A DNA stretch of 64,000 bases from NCBI RefSeq assembly GCF_018350175.1, contig NC_058368.1, positions 219,482,001-219,546,000 of the forward strand. The letters are read 5' to 3'. Below are positions 24,614 to 39,029 of this stretch, in pieces. The notes beneath the pieces were generated by a model, which ran no database searches, was not told the origin of the DNA, and worked only from the letters and a program-made list of their open reading frames with translations. Made by a program: the position numbers and the translations under genes. How positions within the stretch are numbered: the first letter of the stretch is position 1; each line of letters opens with the position of its first letter. This DNA comes from Felis catus. Its lineage: Eukaryota.

Positions 24614-26312
24614 GTAAGTTTGCACTGAAATGGCAAATAGTTACATTCTTTCTTTACATGTCTTAGGAAAATTTGAAGGTTATCAAGATCATCATTCTTA
24701 CAAATTTTATTCTCTAAATATCCATAAAGCAATTTTTGTTTATGGAATAGAAATTATAATTTGAAAAACCACAGAATAAATAAATACAGCATGGTAAAGG
24801 TAGAAATTCACTTGATAGAATTAATTCTGTCCATTTCCTCATGGATTAAAGAAGTACTAAAATTACGCTTTTAGAATTTGTAGTCAGAAATCAATGATAG
24901 TGAGAAAACTATACGTCAATCTGGCTACTTGAAATGACTAGATAGATAGATAGATACATATGCAATGGTTCCCATTGCTCTTGATTTTCACAGGGAAGAA
25001 AAGACATTTAAAAGTAGTTTAATATTCTATAGAATGAGAAAGCAAATGTCATTAAAAATATGACCTAAGGCCAAAAAAATAGCTTTTTTATAAGAAAACT
25101 TATTTCAGATATGAGTGTTATTTACTTTTCTTAAGTCTCACTGTGGGCACATTTATATAAAGGAAAATACATAGAAGACAAGCAGGCAGAAGTGGTTTAC
25201 TTACTGCGATATGTGGACAGAGACAAGTTTCTACTCTATTCACTTATAAAAGTGAGGAAAATTAGTTGTGGTTGAGAGTCGAACGAAAAGTAACAATGAA
25301 TGCTTGTGTGAACTATCTTCTATTCATTTTGAGTGTTCTTTTTTTGGCACTATCTGAATGTAGTAGAAGTTAGTGTCTTAAGAAAGGTTTTGTGTTAATA
25401 GGCATGGTTATTATTTTTATGGACAGTATGAAAATATATCAAAGAAGAAAGGGAAACACTAGCAAGATAAAAGTAAATATAATCACATGTTAATACATCC
25501 TATGTTAACACTGTAAAGTTATGATAGATACATTACCGTGATGGAGAATTTTGCGTTAACCTAAACTTTAATAGCTTCATCCAAACAATTAAAATGTGCT
25601 AATAATTTTTAATCCTCTAAGAAAAACTATTTTTAAAAGTTATGTAAAGTATTTTTTCATTGATTTTAAAACACTTTGATATGTTTTTTCATGTTCCAAT
25701 TATTTCGGTCATCTTTAAATGTCTGGCAATATGGCATCGATGACATTAAAGGTTAAATGTTATATCAATTATAAGGAGAAGGAAAAGTGGCAGCAATCTG
25801 AGCAGTATTACCAGAAAGCACACGGTAGCAGACTTATCACAGGTCGCATCTGATTGGGTGTCCAAGATCAGTGGGTTAAGGTACATTTTATGGTTGTTGT
25901 GATAGGCAACTTTTAGTTAATGAAAGCAACCACATGAAAATATAATAACAGAAATCTACACCAAAGAAACTATACAGTAAATAATTTCCTTTGGTTCTTC
26001 CTGAACAAAGAGCTTATTTGGGTTATTTGCCTGTGTTTTCTTTTACCTAGTGCATTTTAATAAGGATTTGATAAGTGTTGGTAAATTAAATTACCATTGC
26101 ATTATATACTCTCTCATGATAGTCAAGTGACTTCTTATGCACTTTCATTTGTTCTCTCCCAGAAGAGTGTCAACACCTTGAGATCAAGTCCTATACTTCA
26201 CACCTCACTTTGTCTTTGGCTCTTTGAATAGAGCTTAATATTTCATTGATTGAATTGACCTGAGTTGCACTGGATTGAATTCCCAGAATCATCTGGTCCT
26301 GCTCGGTTCTTT

Positions 26313-26335
26313 GGGGGGGGGGGGGGGGGGGGGGA
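26313..26335 (+). repeat. Poly-G homopolymer (~23 nt)
   Basis: Direct reading. Confidence 0.9.
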
Positions 26336-27327
26336 CTAGTCTAGAATTTAAATCCCTATGGGTAATTAAAACTGGTAATACTTGTATATGCATCTTGATA
26401 TACAAACCAAATTTTATTCTTATTTACTCTGCTTGAACAAGGCAAGTCAGAAAACTCTTTAACAAGAACAAACATAAGGAATTTATGGGATGTGTCCACT
26501 AGTTCCTTTCTATGTAATATGTGCTGAATTACTAGATCAACAGAAATTTATTAGATTCTGTAGCTATAAGCTTACTTCTAATGCCCAGAGTATCTATTTT
26601 TTGGTTTATATTTCAGGACCACTTTGTAGTTTGAATCATTTATTCATGTCATGACCTGTGAAATAGCTATTTAAACATTTTCCTTTTCTATAGTATAGTA
26701 CTTGCATTAATTACTTATTATTTATATTGCATTAATTACTTATACAATTAAAAATCTTATTTAGATATAAACAGATTTGCAGATGTCAAAAAGGCAATGT
26801 GCAATATAGAATATTTTAATAAACATATACTACGATGGATATAAAACATTTTAAATTCCCTAAATATTCTTTCTAAAAGTACTTACAGTAAATCTAATAC
26901 ATATTTATCCTTTCTTTCAGAAATTTCACTTCCAGTTTTTACTACCTTTAAAGTAGGAATGTAACATTGATGCTTAATGATGTATCTAGGTTGGTTTAGA
27001 TATATTAGTAATACATGTTCTAATTCCTTGACATATGGAAGATAATGATAGACACCCCATTGTAGTGGGAAATATTTGAGAAGCTCAGAATAAGAAAATG
27101 GAGAGAATTACACTGATAGGGTGAGGACAAGACTGAAAGCACATGCGTGAAGAGGGAATCTTTTTTTTTTTTAATACCACACAATTTGCCAACCAAATCC
27201 TATAAAGAATAGATTGGTATATAATTTCTCAGATAAAACCCCATTACTGATTAAGGGAAACAGAGGGAAAAACCTATTGCTTCTCATTGGGTAAAAGCTG
27301 AGGGAAGCTTAGGAAAATCATATAATT

Positions 27328-27557
27328 GTGGAGCCTCTGTAGCTCAGTTGGTTAAGCAACAGGCTCTTGGTTTTGGCTCAGGTCATGATCTCATGGTTTG
27401 TGGGTTCCAGCCCTGTGTCCGGCTGTGCATTGACAGTGTGGAGCCTGCTTGAGATTCTCTACTCCCTCTCTCTCTGCCCCTCCTCACTCCCACACTCTGT
27501 CTCCCTCTCAAAAATAAATAAATAAATAAATAAATAAATAAATACACTTAAAAAAGA
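27328..27557 (+). mobile_element. SINEC
   Basis: SINEC body with (TAAA)n tail; TSD aggaaaatcatataat / aggaaaagcatgtaat. Confidence 0.9.
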
Positions 27558-27937
27558 AGGAAAAGCATGTAATCAATGATCAGAAGACTTAGGATATAAC
27601 CTTGTTTCTACTACTATTTTTCTCATAGTGGTTAAATCAACCTACTTCTCTTAGCCTTCATTCTTTCATGTATGAAATCAAACTATGATTATGTGAATGG
27701 TTTAATTTATATATTCATGTTATGTAATTATATATGTTAGTTTTATCCACATTAATTTTAATATATTCATCTTACTATATATTCATTTTTAATTTAATAA
27801 TATTTTGCATTATAAAGTATATGAGAATTTTAAAATCCATTTAGAAAAAAAAGAAGAAATAAACAGAGAGAAAGAAAAAGAGATAGATCAGTCGCCAAAT
27901 TGTCATTGCCATGACTGTTATTAAGAAACCAAGCCAA

Positions 27938-28051
27938 GAGGCACTCGGGTGCCTCAGTTGCTTGAGCGCCTGACTCTAGATTTCGGCTCAGGTCATGATC
28001 CCAGAGTCGTGGGATTCAGCCCTGCATCAGTCTCCATACTGAGTTTGCTTA

Positions 28052-28103
<52 letters not shown>

Positions 28104-28160
28104 CACCCCTTCCCACCCCCGTCTGGCTCTTTCTCTCTAAAATTAAACAAACAAAAAACA
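27938..28160 (+). mobile_element. SINEC (older) with (CT)n expansion
   Basis: gggtgcctcagttgcttgagcgcctgactct...ggctcaggtcatgatccc. Confidence 0.85.
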
Positions 28161-31100
28161 ACAAAGCCAGCCAATAATGAACTCACTCAAAGCATTTCTT
28201 TGTTCAGCTCTTGATGATCAAACCACATTTTCCTCTAACCATTCAATCAAATACATCCTGAACCAAAATATAATTGTCGTTAAGTTATTTTTTCTTTTCA
28301 GTGAGATAATAACAAAATTTGCCTTTAAGAAGTTTCCTTTATAGGATAACACCATGTCCCCTCGCTTTAACTTCCATAGCAAGGGGTTTATATTTGAACT
28401 TCAAGTAATCTACTTTTGTACTATGTTGCTTTCATTTTGCATCTTTCTATAGACATATTACATTTTTCCAATTTAAGATTTGAGAATCATTATAACTATA
28501 AACTATTTTTATTTAAGTATGACTTTTAATCACGGTTTCTTATTGCCTGATTCAGTCACCCTGGACAAATAATTTCAAATATCTAGGTTCCAAATATTCA
28601 AACAATATACATAATGACATTAAACTAGATACTCTTATCTATACTACACTGTCTATTAATTAACATGAATTTAAACTACAAAAAAAAACTTAGATACTCT
28701 TGAATTTAGTTTAAGCCGTAACAGATAAACAGTGGTCAAAGAAATACTAATTTTACTTACTACAAAAATTTTGTATTCATTTTATATAATAATTACTCTC
28801 AAGTGGGGAAGAGCATGTTAAAATTAGACTTTTAATCAAAACCAGATACTGAGAAAAACCCCTAACACGCCAAAAAATTAATAACATATTTGGGTAATAA
28901 TAACCTGATTTTGAGTGAGCATAGTAAGACAATTCACTCCAGGAAGTGAAAATATAATAATACTTTAAAAATAATTAGGGTAACTGTCTACATTTTTTGG
29001 TACAATAAAACCATCAGGTGGTGGCAGTAAAGGGGCTGCTACTGGGATCTAGTTGGCAGAATCCAAGTTTACTGCTAAAACCCGCAATGTATAGAACAGA
29101 CCTCCATAAAATTTTCTAGTTCCAAACATCAAGTGTGCTAAGATCAAGAAATACTGTCCTAGTTTGCCAGTTTTTTTACATTTTCCTAAATAGCTCAATC
29201 TTTATTTTAGTTCTTTCTGGGTTCTTGCTTCTGAACCTGCTCCCATTTGTAATTTTATTTCTTCCTTCCAGAGTTGCCATTAGTATTCACTTTCTGAAAC
29301 GGACTTCTCTTAAGATCTCCTCTCCTTCATGTCCTATCTAATCTTGAAGTCATGCATTTGGTTCCAGCCTCTTAATCACCCTTTTCTGTAGACTTATGGG
29401 CTCCACAAACCCCCTAAAAATGAAGTATGCATTCATTCTTTCAGTAAATATCTAGAAGACCCACTATTCAGGTATTAATTACTCCTATTAAGCATATAGT
29501 AGAGAAAATATAATTTATCTGCTCACGAAGTATCTGCCTTTAAGAGAAGGAGAAAATAATAAGTAAAGCTAACAGGAAGTTATGGGACTCTTTTAATCTC
29601 TGAGAGAGCACAGAACCCAAAAGCCACCAACAAAAAAAAATAAGTGCCAACTATCCCCCTGTTCTATTTCTGCAGTAATTGTAAGTAAAGTGGAAATGAA
29701 ATTTTGGGATTTGCATCACATAAATCAATGTTATTAAAAGTCAAGATTGGAGAGCCAAGGTATATGCTTTTATTTTTTACTTATCTGTATTTCTTTGGAG
29801 CTCTTTTGATGTACAATGCCTCATAAAAAGTGATCACTGTAAATTTCTAGAAGAAAGATCTTCCAAAAACTGAAAAAACATGATCCATGAAAGAATAACC
29901 TAACCTTAAACAGAATGCCAGAAATACCAACTGTGCCCACCATATTAGACCAGGTTCCTTTCACCCTTAATAATGTAGGTACAATCAAGTCAAACCTGGT
30001 AACAGGGGAGAAAGAGTAGTTCCAACTAGAATAGAGAGAGGAAGCTGCCCTGACCTCCCCACTGCAGTCTTCCGGGGGTGAACAGATCTGAGTCGAGCAC
30101 GTGGAGAAAATGCTACATAAGAGTTCAGAAATTGCAAACATTTTAATGGATGTTAAATATTATCTTCAGAGAGTTGGATATTTTAATGACTGTAATAATA
30201 CTGTTCTTGACACTAAAAATTCCAGGTGAATATTTCTTAAAAACAATCCAAATATGACCAAAAAAGACCTACATTAAACAAACAAACAAATGACAACAAC
30301 CGAAAACCCTTTAACTGTTTAATATATAGAGATCTGATTTTAGTGGGCGGGGGCAGGCAGAGTGTTGGTATATGGTTATTTTCTATTTGAACCCTATTAA
30401 TTGCAGCCACTAAAAGAATGAGGCATGAAACAAATAACACAGTAGACAATTTTAGATAGAAAAAGTCCTGGAAGAAAGTAAATGAGGATGATGGGACAGA
30501 TATTGGCAGAGACTCCTTTAGATTAGGTGGTTCTAGACCTTCCTGATGAGGGGACATTTGGACTTTTGGATGGATCAGGACATTATTTATCTGATATGCA
30601 AAGACCACAAAATAAGACAAATCTGAATTAGAGTGCTTAAGATCTTCTTATACTAATCCTCAAGCAAGAGGTAATAAAAGCATTTTTAAATAGAAGCCTG
30701 GCCTGCGTAACATTGATAATGTTTTCCAGGCAGACCACCTCTTGGTTTTTAATTCTCAAAATGCATACAATATTTATATCTTTCAATACAATGATATTTC
30801 AGCCAGAAGTTACATAGGGAAAATATGCTTGCATCCTCAAAGCTCACTATATTTTAACAAAGCAGTATTTAGGAAGGTAGTTGAGTTGCATTCCAGATGC
30901 ATTTGCATTGAGGATGAAACTTCAAAACCAGGCATAGATGATTTGAAGATATCAAAGGCTGTCAAAAAGAATGTGTATCCAAGTTTTATAACAGAGAGAA
31001 GCCATACTAATTCATATTAACCTTAGGTGATCAGGTAACATGGATTTAAGCATTTTACATATTAACATTATAGCACGTTATTCATATTATACAGATTTTA

Positions 31101-31428
31101 CTGTACTTTGGTTACTAAATTTTAGAATTGGTTTTGAGCTTAGATGTAATGTGTGAGCATTATATTTTTTCTCATTTAAAATATTAGGAAATAGGGTCCC
31201 TTTTAACATTTTCAAGAAAAACATCAAATGGTAAATGTTGCATGTTAAAAATAAATGACATTTATTTACAAGATAAATGGAATTAAGTATGGAATGCTCA
31301 TATATAAATAACAACCACAATCATCTTTTAAATACAAGTTTTACTGGTAGTAGTGATAACATGTTTTCTATAGTCTTCCATGAAGTTATTTGCATAACAT
31401 ACTACCAAATATCAAGATTATTCATATA

Positions 31429-31639
31429 GGGGCGCCTGGGTGACTCAGTTGGTTAAGCGTCCGACTTCAGCTCAGGTCATGATCTCACAGTTCAAGGGTT
31501 TGAGCCCCACATCGGGCTCTGTGCTGACAGCTCAGAGCCTGGAGCCTGCTTCGAATTCTGTGTTTCCCTCTCTCTCTCCTCCTTTCCTGCTCACACTGTC
31601 TCTCTCTCAAAAATAAACATTAAAAAAATTAAAAAAATA
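31429..31639 (+). mobile_element. SINEC
   Basis: Canonical head; TSD aagattattcata / aaggttattcata. Confidence 0.93.
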
Positions 31640-31693
31640 AAGGTTATTCATAAATACGTGTGACAACTTCATTTTATAACCTTCATGAAACAA

Positions 31694-31696
<3 letters not shown>

Positions 31697-31738
<42 letters not shown>
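31697..31738. repeat. (CA)n microsatellite
   Basis: Direct reading. Confidence 0.95.
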
Positions 31739-34591
31739 CCCACCTAAACATATTTACCACACTCCACTGCCCATATTGTCCTTAAAGGATTTATGGAAAG
31801 TCTACCCTTTCATTCTCCCATTTTCCCCCCTTGAGTTACTATCCCAGAGAGGCTGTGAATGTTGTCATCTTTTCTTTCCTACCACAGCCTGACTTTTGTA
31901 TATTCCTGTTTCATGTTTACTAATTTATTAGCCCTTCCCCACAGAAATCTCTTCTCTTTTCCTGTTTCTTCAGTTAGCCACATAGCACCTCTTAAAATCT
32001 ACCTCCCTATGTCACATCCCTTGAAGTTACTTTTATTGGAATATATTTTAGAAAAAGATAATTATGGGTTTATTTTCTAAAGGTTTTTTTTTCTGTGATT
32101 TTAGGCCAATGAATTCACAAAGACTAGTAATAGTTGGAAGTAGATAGAAGGGCATTCAAAATAATAATAGACTGATGACAATAAAAAATGATTAAAAATT
32201 TTTTTTCTGTGCCAAATACGTTTTGGAAAACTTACCTATTATCTCAAAATATTCAAATTCAAATAAAAATTTAAAACTATAATTTAACCCATCATTTTTT
32301 CAAATATAAACTTTTAAGAAACATGATTACTTTATAATGAAGATTATGTGAAAATTGAGTAGATTTTTAACAAAAACTCGGGAGAAATCTCTGTAGATGA
32401 AAAATGTATTAAATCTCACATAAATTTGCTCAGCAGAAAGTATCTCAGCGTAATTTATCAGTAACAGGTGCATGTGTAATGGTCATGAAGCATGGGAAAT
32501 TATTATTATTGTATTATGAATTTCTACCAAAGCCCTCTCATTTTCTTTCTTGGAGACAATACATAATTATATATTCAATTAAATTCTGTCCCCATTGTAC
32601 TGAAGAATAATGTTCTCTTCAGGAAAGAAAATGAAAAAGTGGGATGTATGTTATTGTGTTTGCTCATCAATGTTTCACACTTGGTATATGTTCATATATT
32701 CAGATTCTCAGTTACCTTTTATGAAAGCATGAAAAGGAGTGAATACTTTAATAAATGTTCTGAAGTGAGTTCCTAAATATTCATAGTTAAATTTCTACAT
32801 TTTTAGTAAACAATATTATTTAACCTTAATATTTTATTAATATTATTATTACTATTGCCATTATTATTATTGTGATGCTAATTGGGTAACTGTCCCATGG
32901 CTTCTCATAATTGCAACTGAAAGCAAAAATAAAGAACAGTATGAACATGTAAGTTTCTATATAGATGGGCTAAATTTAGAGAAGGGAGCAGTAATTCTTT
33001 TGGAATATAGTTCTCTCCTTTGGTTCTCTCCTTAGAACCCTAATCCACAATAGGCAAAGGGCATTTTATGTAAATTTCAGATTCCCTCTTTCAGTAAAAT
33101 TATTTCACTTCTTTAACTTCACATTTAAAACTACACTGTATGTGTTTATGGATTACATAAAACTATTAAATTTAGAATTTTAAATTCAGATGTTAACTCT
33201 CAGTCCAGTACTAAAATTATTTTATGAAGTATGAAATTTTACAAAGTAAGAGCATATACTATTATAGACCTTTTTCTAAAGGAATATTTCCTATTTTGGT
33301 GGCTGTTTAGCTTAAATTCCATCAGTGAACTTCTCAGTTCAGTATTATGTCTTCCAAACACCCAAAAACACTCCAAGACCACTGAGTTTTGCAATTTTCC
33401 TTGACACCAATTTCACCACAAACCTACATCAAATCTAGCAACAAATTTAGTTTGTACATATGTGTTTGACTATTCTGAGTCTAGCAGAACAGAAGGATAG
33501 AGTTGTGAATCATGAACAGACCCAGTTTCTGCATCCTTGATGTCTGAGTTTCTGAAGGGAAACAATAAATAGATAAAGCAAATATCAAGGACATGACTTT
33601 TGATTAAAAATCAAATAGCATACAGGTAGAGGCAGAGAACATCCAAGGAGAAGTGGGGTGGTGGGGTGGTGGGGAAGAAGAGCAAGACTAGCATTATTAT
33701 AGAAGACAAGGGAGGGAAAAAAAACCTGCAAAGAATAGGTGACTAATTTTGTTGTGTAATGCAAACTCAATCAAAAGACAGGCGTGACAATTTAAAAATC
33801 CGTGTGGACGAAGGAGAGAGTTACTGTAATCATCTGAGGCAAATGGGAGTCAGTTAGTTTTGTGTTGGGCAGTTTCTCATAGGCATATTATCAATTAGAC
33901 AAAATAAGTGGAGAATGAGAGATATTTTGAACTGATGAAGAGCTAGTGATAGGATATTATGATGTGGAAAAAGAGGATGTGAATGTGCAAAAACAGATGA
34001 GCTCTCTTTCCTTATTAAAAATTGGAATTGAAAATATCTATCAAGGTGACAGTGAGCACCACACATAATCATAATCACTAAACAAAAAGAATACTGCCGT
34101 TTAAATCACCAAGAGAAGTAAAACAATTAAAAAAAACAACACTTTTCTTGCCGCTAATACTTACACGCTTCTGAAAGCAAAAAAAAAAAAATTGATGTAA
34201 ATATTATTACACATGTTTTTATGTGAGAATTAAATAAGATATAGTTTATAATAATCTGAAACACACTGATATATCCTGATAATGATAACTGTAAAATTTG
34301 ATTTATTTATTATTACTTAATATTACAGTAACCTCATAAGATATTTTTATTATTACCTCTCATTTATAATTAAGAAAAATATATCCTCATTGTCTAAATA
34401 AGTGTTCTAAGGGCACAAATCAAGTAACTTGTAGAGCTGGAGTTCTAACCCAGAAGAGATGACTCCAGAGTATATAATAGCCAACATTACACCTCATTAC
34501 ACCATTATTAATAATGATATTCTTGTTGTTAATATTCTGTATGTTACCTCACTGAAAACAATTATATTCTTATTTAAGAAGTATAATGATA

Positions 34592-34803
34592 GGGGCGCCT
34601 GGGTGGCTCAATCGGTTGAGCGTCCGACTTCATCTCAAGTCAGGATCTCGCAGTTGACGAGTTCGAGTGCCATGTCAGGCTCTGTGCTGACAGCTCAGAG
34701 CCTGGAGCCTGCTTCAGATTCTGTGTCTCCCTCTCTTTCTGCCCCTCCCTCCCTTGCTCATGCTCTGTCTCTCTCTGTCTCAAAAATAAATAAACATTAA
34801 AAA
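34592..34803 (+). mobile_element. SINEC
   Basis: Canonical head; TSD tataatgata. Confidence 0.93.
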
Positions 34804-36685
34804 AATATAATGATAAGTATATTAACTGTCTTTTCAGAATGATATCAATAGAAAACTAAAACTGCATGGATAACAGGGATATTTCTATTACATTATAGAG
34901 GTGTCAAACTTATTTTGTTATGTGTTTATTATTTAATTTATATATGGAATTGATAATGCATTTACTTTGCATAAAGTTTGAAGGGCAAAACAGAGTATGC
35001 AGTTAAAACTAAGACTCCCACCATGATCCTCAGGCCTTCCTAGTTCTCTTCCTAAGAAATAATTGCATTTACCAGGTGGTTTTTGGCAGTGGGTATATAT
35101 TTCAAGAGACATTATAGAACTATATAACCACACATGTACGATTTGCTTTTACATAAATGGCTATGTACTTTATGCAATCTTATATAATGTCATTTTTTAA
35201 CTTAAAAATATAATTTGAGAACTCTCAGTTTCAGTAAATAAGGATTTATTTAAAAATTTAGTTTCTGTATAGTTTCCTGTGGATATATCATAATTTATCA
35301 TTTTCCTCTTGCAAGCATTTAGTTATTAAAAATAATTTAATAATAACATGAACTGTTATTTCACACACTGCTGGCATACCTTCAGGAATAAGATGAAAGG
35401 TGGAGATGCTGAAGCAGTCTTGAGCGATTTTATACTTTAATTAGTATTGCTAAATGGTTCATCAATGGTGGATGAGAGTACTTCTTCACCATTTTATCAT
35501 ATCTCGATATCATCATCATCTTTTAATTCTTCCAGTCTTATGAATTAAAACATATTTCTGTTATTTTAAGTGATGATAAGCATTTCTTCATGTGCTTATT
35601 AAAGTGTTTTCCATTTTTTTTAATGAGTGTTTATATCCTTTACCAATTTTTATACTGGCAAGATAAGTTTTTTTACCCTTAACTTCCTATTAACTGACCT
35701 TTGAGTTTTTTTTTTTATTTTCAAATGTAATTCATACTGAAAGTTGAATAAAACATGTATATACACTTTAATGAATATAAATCAATGGAAATGGAAAATT
35801 GCTACCTTATGAAACTTTCTCTGTGGGTATGTTAACAACATTTCTCCTTTATGAAGGTGTCGATAGGCTTCATGTTGTGTTAATAATGCCTTGCTTTTCT
35901 TTATACTTTGAACTTGTATGTAGCCCTTGCTAAACAAGATACTAGAGTTTTTTAATGTTTCCAAAGGTATAATTATAGTTCATATATTATTTTGTGTCTT
36001 TTTTCCTTTGTTCAAATAGGTTTATAAAATTAACCCATTTTGTAAAGGATTTCTTTATATGAAGGTGTTTGGATTTAGTGAGATAATATTAATAATGAAT
36101 ATACAATAGTGTCCCTTCCCCTAGCTTTGGCTATTATTAATAATGCCCTTATGAACATCTAAATATGCATTCTGATACGTATGTATACTGAATAAGTTTA
36201 GAGTATATAATTAGGAGTAAAACTGCTGATATATATAGTGTGTGCCTAGCTTTAATTTTTCCAGAAAGTTCCATATTAGCTTCCTAAATGTTAACCAATA
36301 CATATTCTCACTAGCAGTATATGAGAGTTCTGTTACTTTGGATGCCCAACTTTGTTATTTAACACCCCCAGCCCCCAGTCTGGTATTTTACTTAGCATTA
36401 TCCTAATTAGCAGTGAGCTTTCATTTTTGTGAAAACATTTTTCGAGTATTTTACCAATTGTTTCTTTAGGTCATCTTTTTTTTTTCCTATTGATTGGTTC
36501 ATCTCCAAATCCATAATAGTTATGGAGCAGGCACCTGTTATTTCACTAGTTCACATAACAACATATCCTATGTCATGAAGCTCATGTTTTTAGTAGGAAA
36601 TTCAGGAAATTAAAAAGAAACATAATAAATATATTACTATTACAGTATGTCAGAAGATGAAGAGAGCTATTAGAAAAGAAGAGAT

Positions 36686-36868
36686 GGGGTGCCTGGGGTG
36701 CTCAGTCAGTGTCCAACTCTTGATTTTTGGCTCAGGGCATGATCCCAGGGTCGTGGAACTAAGGTCCCAGTCAGGCTCTGTGCTAAGTGTAGAGCCTGCT
36801 TAAGATTCTCTCTCTCCTTCTGCCCCTCTCCTCCACTCTCTCTCTCACTCTCTCTCAAAAAAAAAAAG
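36686..36868 (+). mobile_element. SINEC within L2-like sequence
   Basis: ggggtgcctggggtgctcagtcagtgtccaactcttgattttt head and A-tail. Confidence 0.85.
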
Positions 36869-37001
36869 GAAAAACAAGGGGAGGAATATTGGGAAATGAG
36901 ACATAGTGGGTGGTGGTGGTCAGATATTTCCTCATTGAGAAGGTGGTATTTGAGCAAAGGATTTGGAGGAAGTTAAAGAAGTAACTAAGCAGCTATCAGT
37001 G

Positions 37002-37003
<2 letters not shown>

Positions 37004-37050
<47 letters not shown>
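37004..37050. repeat. (TA)n microsatellite
   Basis: Direct reading. Confidence 0.95.
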
Positions 37051-37051
<1 letters not shown>

Positions 37052-37188
37052 TGAAAACTCTCCAAATCAGGAGGTTCCTTGTGAATATTCCAAGAAGAGC
37101 AAGGAAGTGAGTGTGGAAAAGAGGAATCAATAAACAGGTGGTAGAAGGGGAGGTCTGAGAGGTAACGGGATGCCCAGATCTCATAGAG

Positions 37189-38053
37189 AATAGTAGGCAG
37201 AATAGTGGCCCTCAAAGATACCCGCATCCTAATTCTCAGAATTTGTGGCGGAGTTGGTTAGGCACCAACTTCGGCTCAGGTCATGATCTCACCACTGTGG
37301 GTTCGGGCCCCCAGTTGGGCTCTGTGCTGACATTTCAGAGCCTGCAGCCTGCATCTGATTCTGTGTCTCCTGCTCTCTCTGCCCCTCCCCTGCTTGTACT
37401 CTGTCTCTCTCTCAGAGATGGATAGACATGAAAAAAAATTAAGTTTATTTATTTATTTTGAGAGAGAGAGACAGAGCATGTGAGCAGGGGAGGAGCACAG
37501 GGAGAGAGAGAGAAAACCAATCAGGCTCTGCACTGTCAGTGACTGACAGTGCAGAGCCTGATGTGGGACTCGAAACCACCCACCGAAAAACTGAAAGGTC
37601 ATGACCTAAGTCAACACCCTGACGTTTACCAACTGAACCACCCAGGCGCCCCAATGAATATGTTATTTTAAATAGTAAAACACGACTGTGCAGCTGTAAT
37701 GAAATAAAGGACACTGAAATTGGAAGATTAGCCTGCTTTATTCAGGTGATCCCACTGTACCCACGTGGGACAGATGCAAGAGGGCGCATGTCAGTAAAGG
37801 GACCTAACAGTGGAACTAGGGATTAGGGTGATAAAACTGTGAAGATGGAGGGAAGGGATGCAAGCCAATGAATGCAAAGAGCCTCTGGAATCTGGAAACT
37901 GTGAGGAGGTCCCTGAAGCCTCCAGTAAGAGAGGAGCACTGCTGACACCTGGATTTTATTCTGACTTCCAGAACTATAGGACAATTAATTTGCGGTGTTT
38001 TGAGCCACTGAGTTTGTGATAATTTGTTGCAGCAGCAATAGGGAACAGTATGT
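37189..38053 (+). mobile_element. MaLR MLT1D-like solo LTR interrupted by a tail-to-tail SINEC pair (37248-37652)
   Basis: gtaggcagaatagtggccctcaaagat...cctaattctcagaatttgtg | tgaatatgtta...gtgttttgagccactgagtttgtgataatttgttgcagcagcaatagg. Confidence 0.8.
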
Positions 38054-38254
38054 AGACAGGACCTCTTAAGTAGTCTGACTTGTACTCTGAGCGAAATAAG
38101 AAGTTCTGTAGAATTTTTGGCAGAAGAGTGGCATTACATGGATTACGTTTTAAAAATCTCATTCTGGCTTCTGGCTTTAACGTCGATACAACATAAATTT
38201 CTGCAGTAGTGCACATGGAGTTTTGGGGTTGTTGTGTATGACTCAAACAATTTA

Positions 38255-38457
38255 GGGGCACCTGGGTGGCTCAGTTAAGCATCCAACTCTAGATTTCAGC
38301 TCAGGTCATGATCTCGAGGTTCTTGAGATCCAGCTCTGTGCTGAGAGCATGGAGCCTGCTTGGGATTCTCTCTCTCCTTCTTTCTCTTCCCTTCCCCCCG
38401 CTCAAGGGCACATTCTCCTTCTCCCTCTCTCGCAATAAATAAACATTAAAAAAAAAA
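38255..38457 (+). mobile_element. SINEC
   Basis: ggggcacctgggtggctcag head and A-tail. Confidence 0.9.
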
Positions 38458-39029
38458 TTGGCCCAAGCAACCGGAAAGATGGATTTGCTTTTATTCGGGA
38501 CTGTAGGATATCAAGAAATTGAGTGTTCTGAGAGAAGAGGACACAGGGCCGGGTTCAGGGGCAGACGCATATTGAAACATGTGTGAGATAGACGAGGATG
38601 TGGGGGGAGAGATGAAACACATGATAAATGAAATGGAACATAAACATTCCTTGAACTGCAGGGAACACTAAGAGCCTGGAGTGTCTTAGAATACAGGTAG
38701 AGAAAATGTTTGGAGAAGAGTGTGGATTAACTGTACCACACGCTGCTGGAAAGTCAAGTATGTTGGGACTTTTGAATACTAACTTTAGTTTCTCAGAGAT
38801 TATAGGTGAACTTGATGCTCGGCTTTCAATGATACGGTCATCCAGAATTCTTATTACAGTGATTTAAAAAGGAATGAAGGGAGAAAAATTAGAGAAAGTA
38901 CATGCCAGAAACTTTAGAGAGTCTTGCTATGGAAGGGAGTAATGTATGCAGCAGTATCTGGCAGAAGATAATGTTAGTGGGATCAAGGGGAAAAAATAAA
39001 CACACCTTTTTTTACTTGTCTTTCTGCAC

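Noticed and set aside
24614..24628. Secreted 81-aa CDH10 micro-isoform ending VSLH*
   Set aside because: Read-through past a consensus GTAAGT donor; no evidence for intron retention.
26700..26745. Direct repeat ttgcattaattacttat x2 and similar short duplications (~8928, ~39606, ~56517, ~53344)
   Set aside because: Two-copy local slippage duplications in AT-rich DNA; not an array or CRISPR-like structure.
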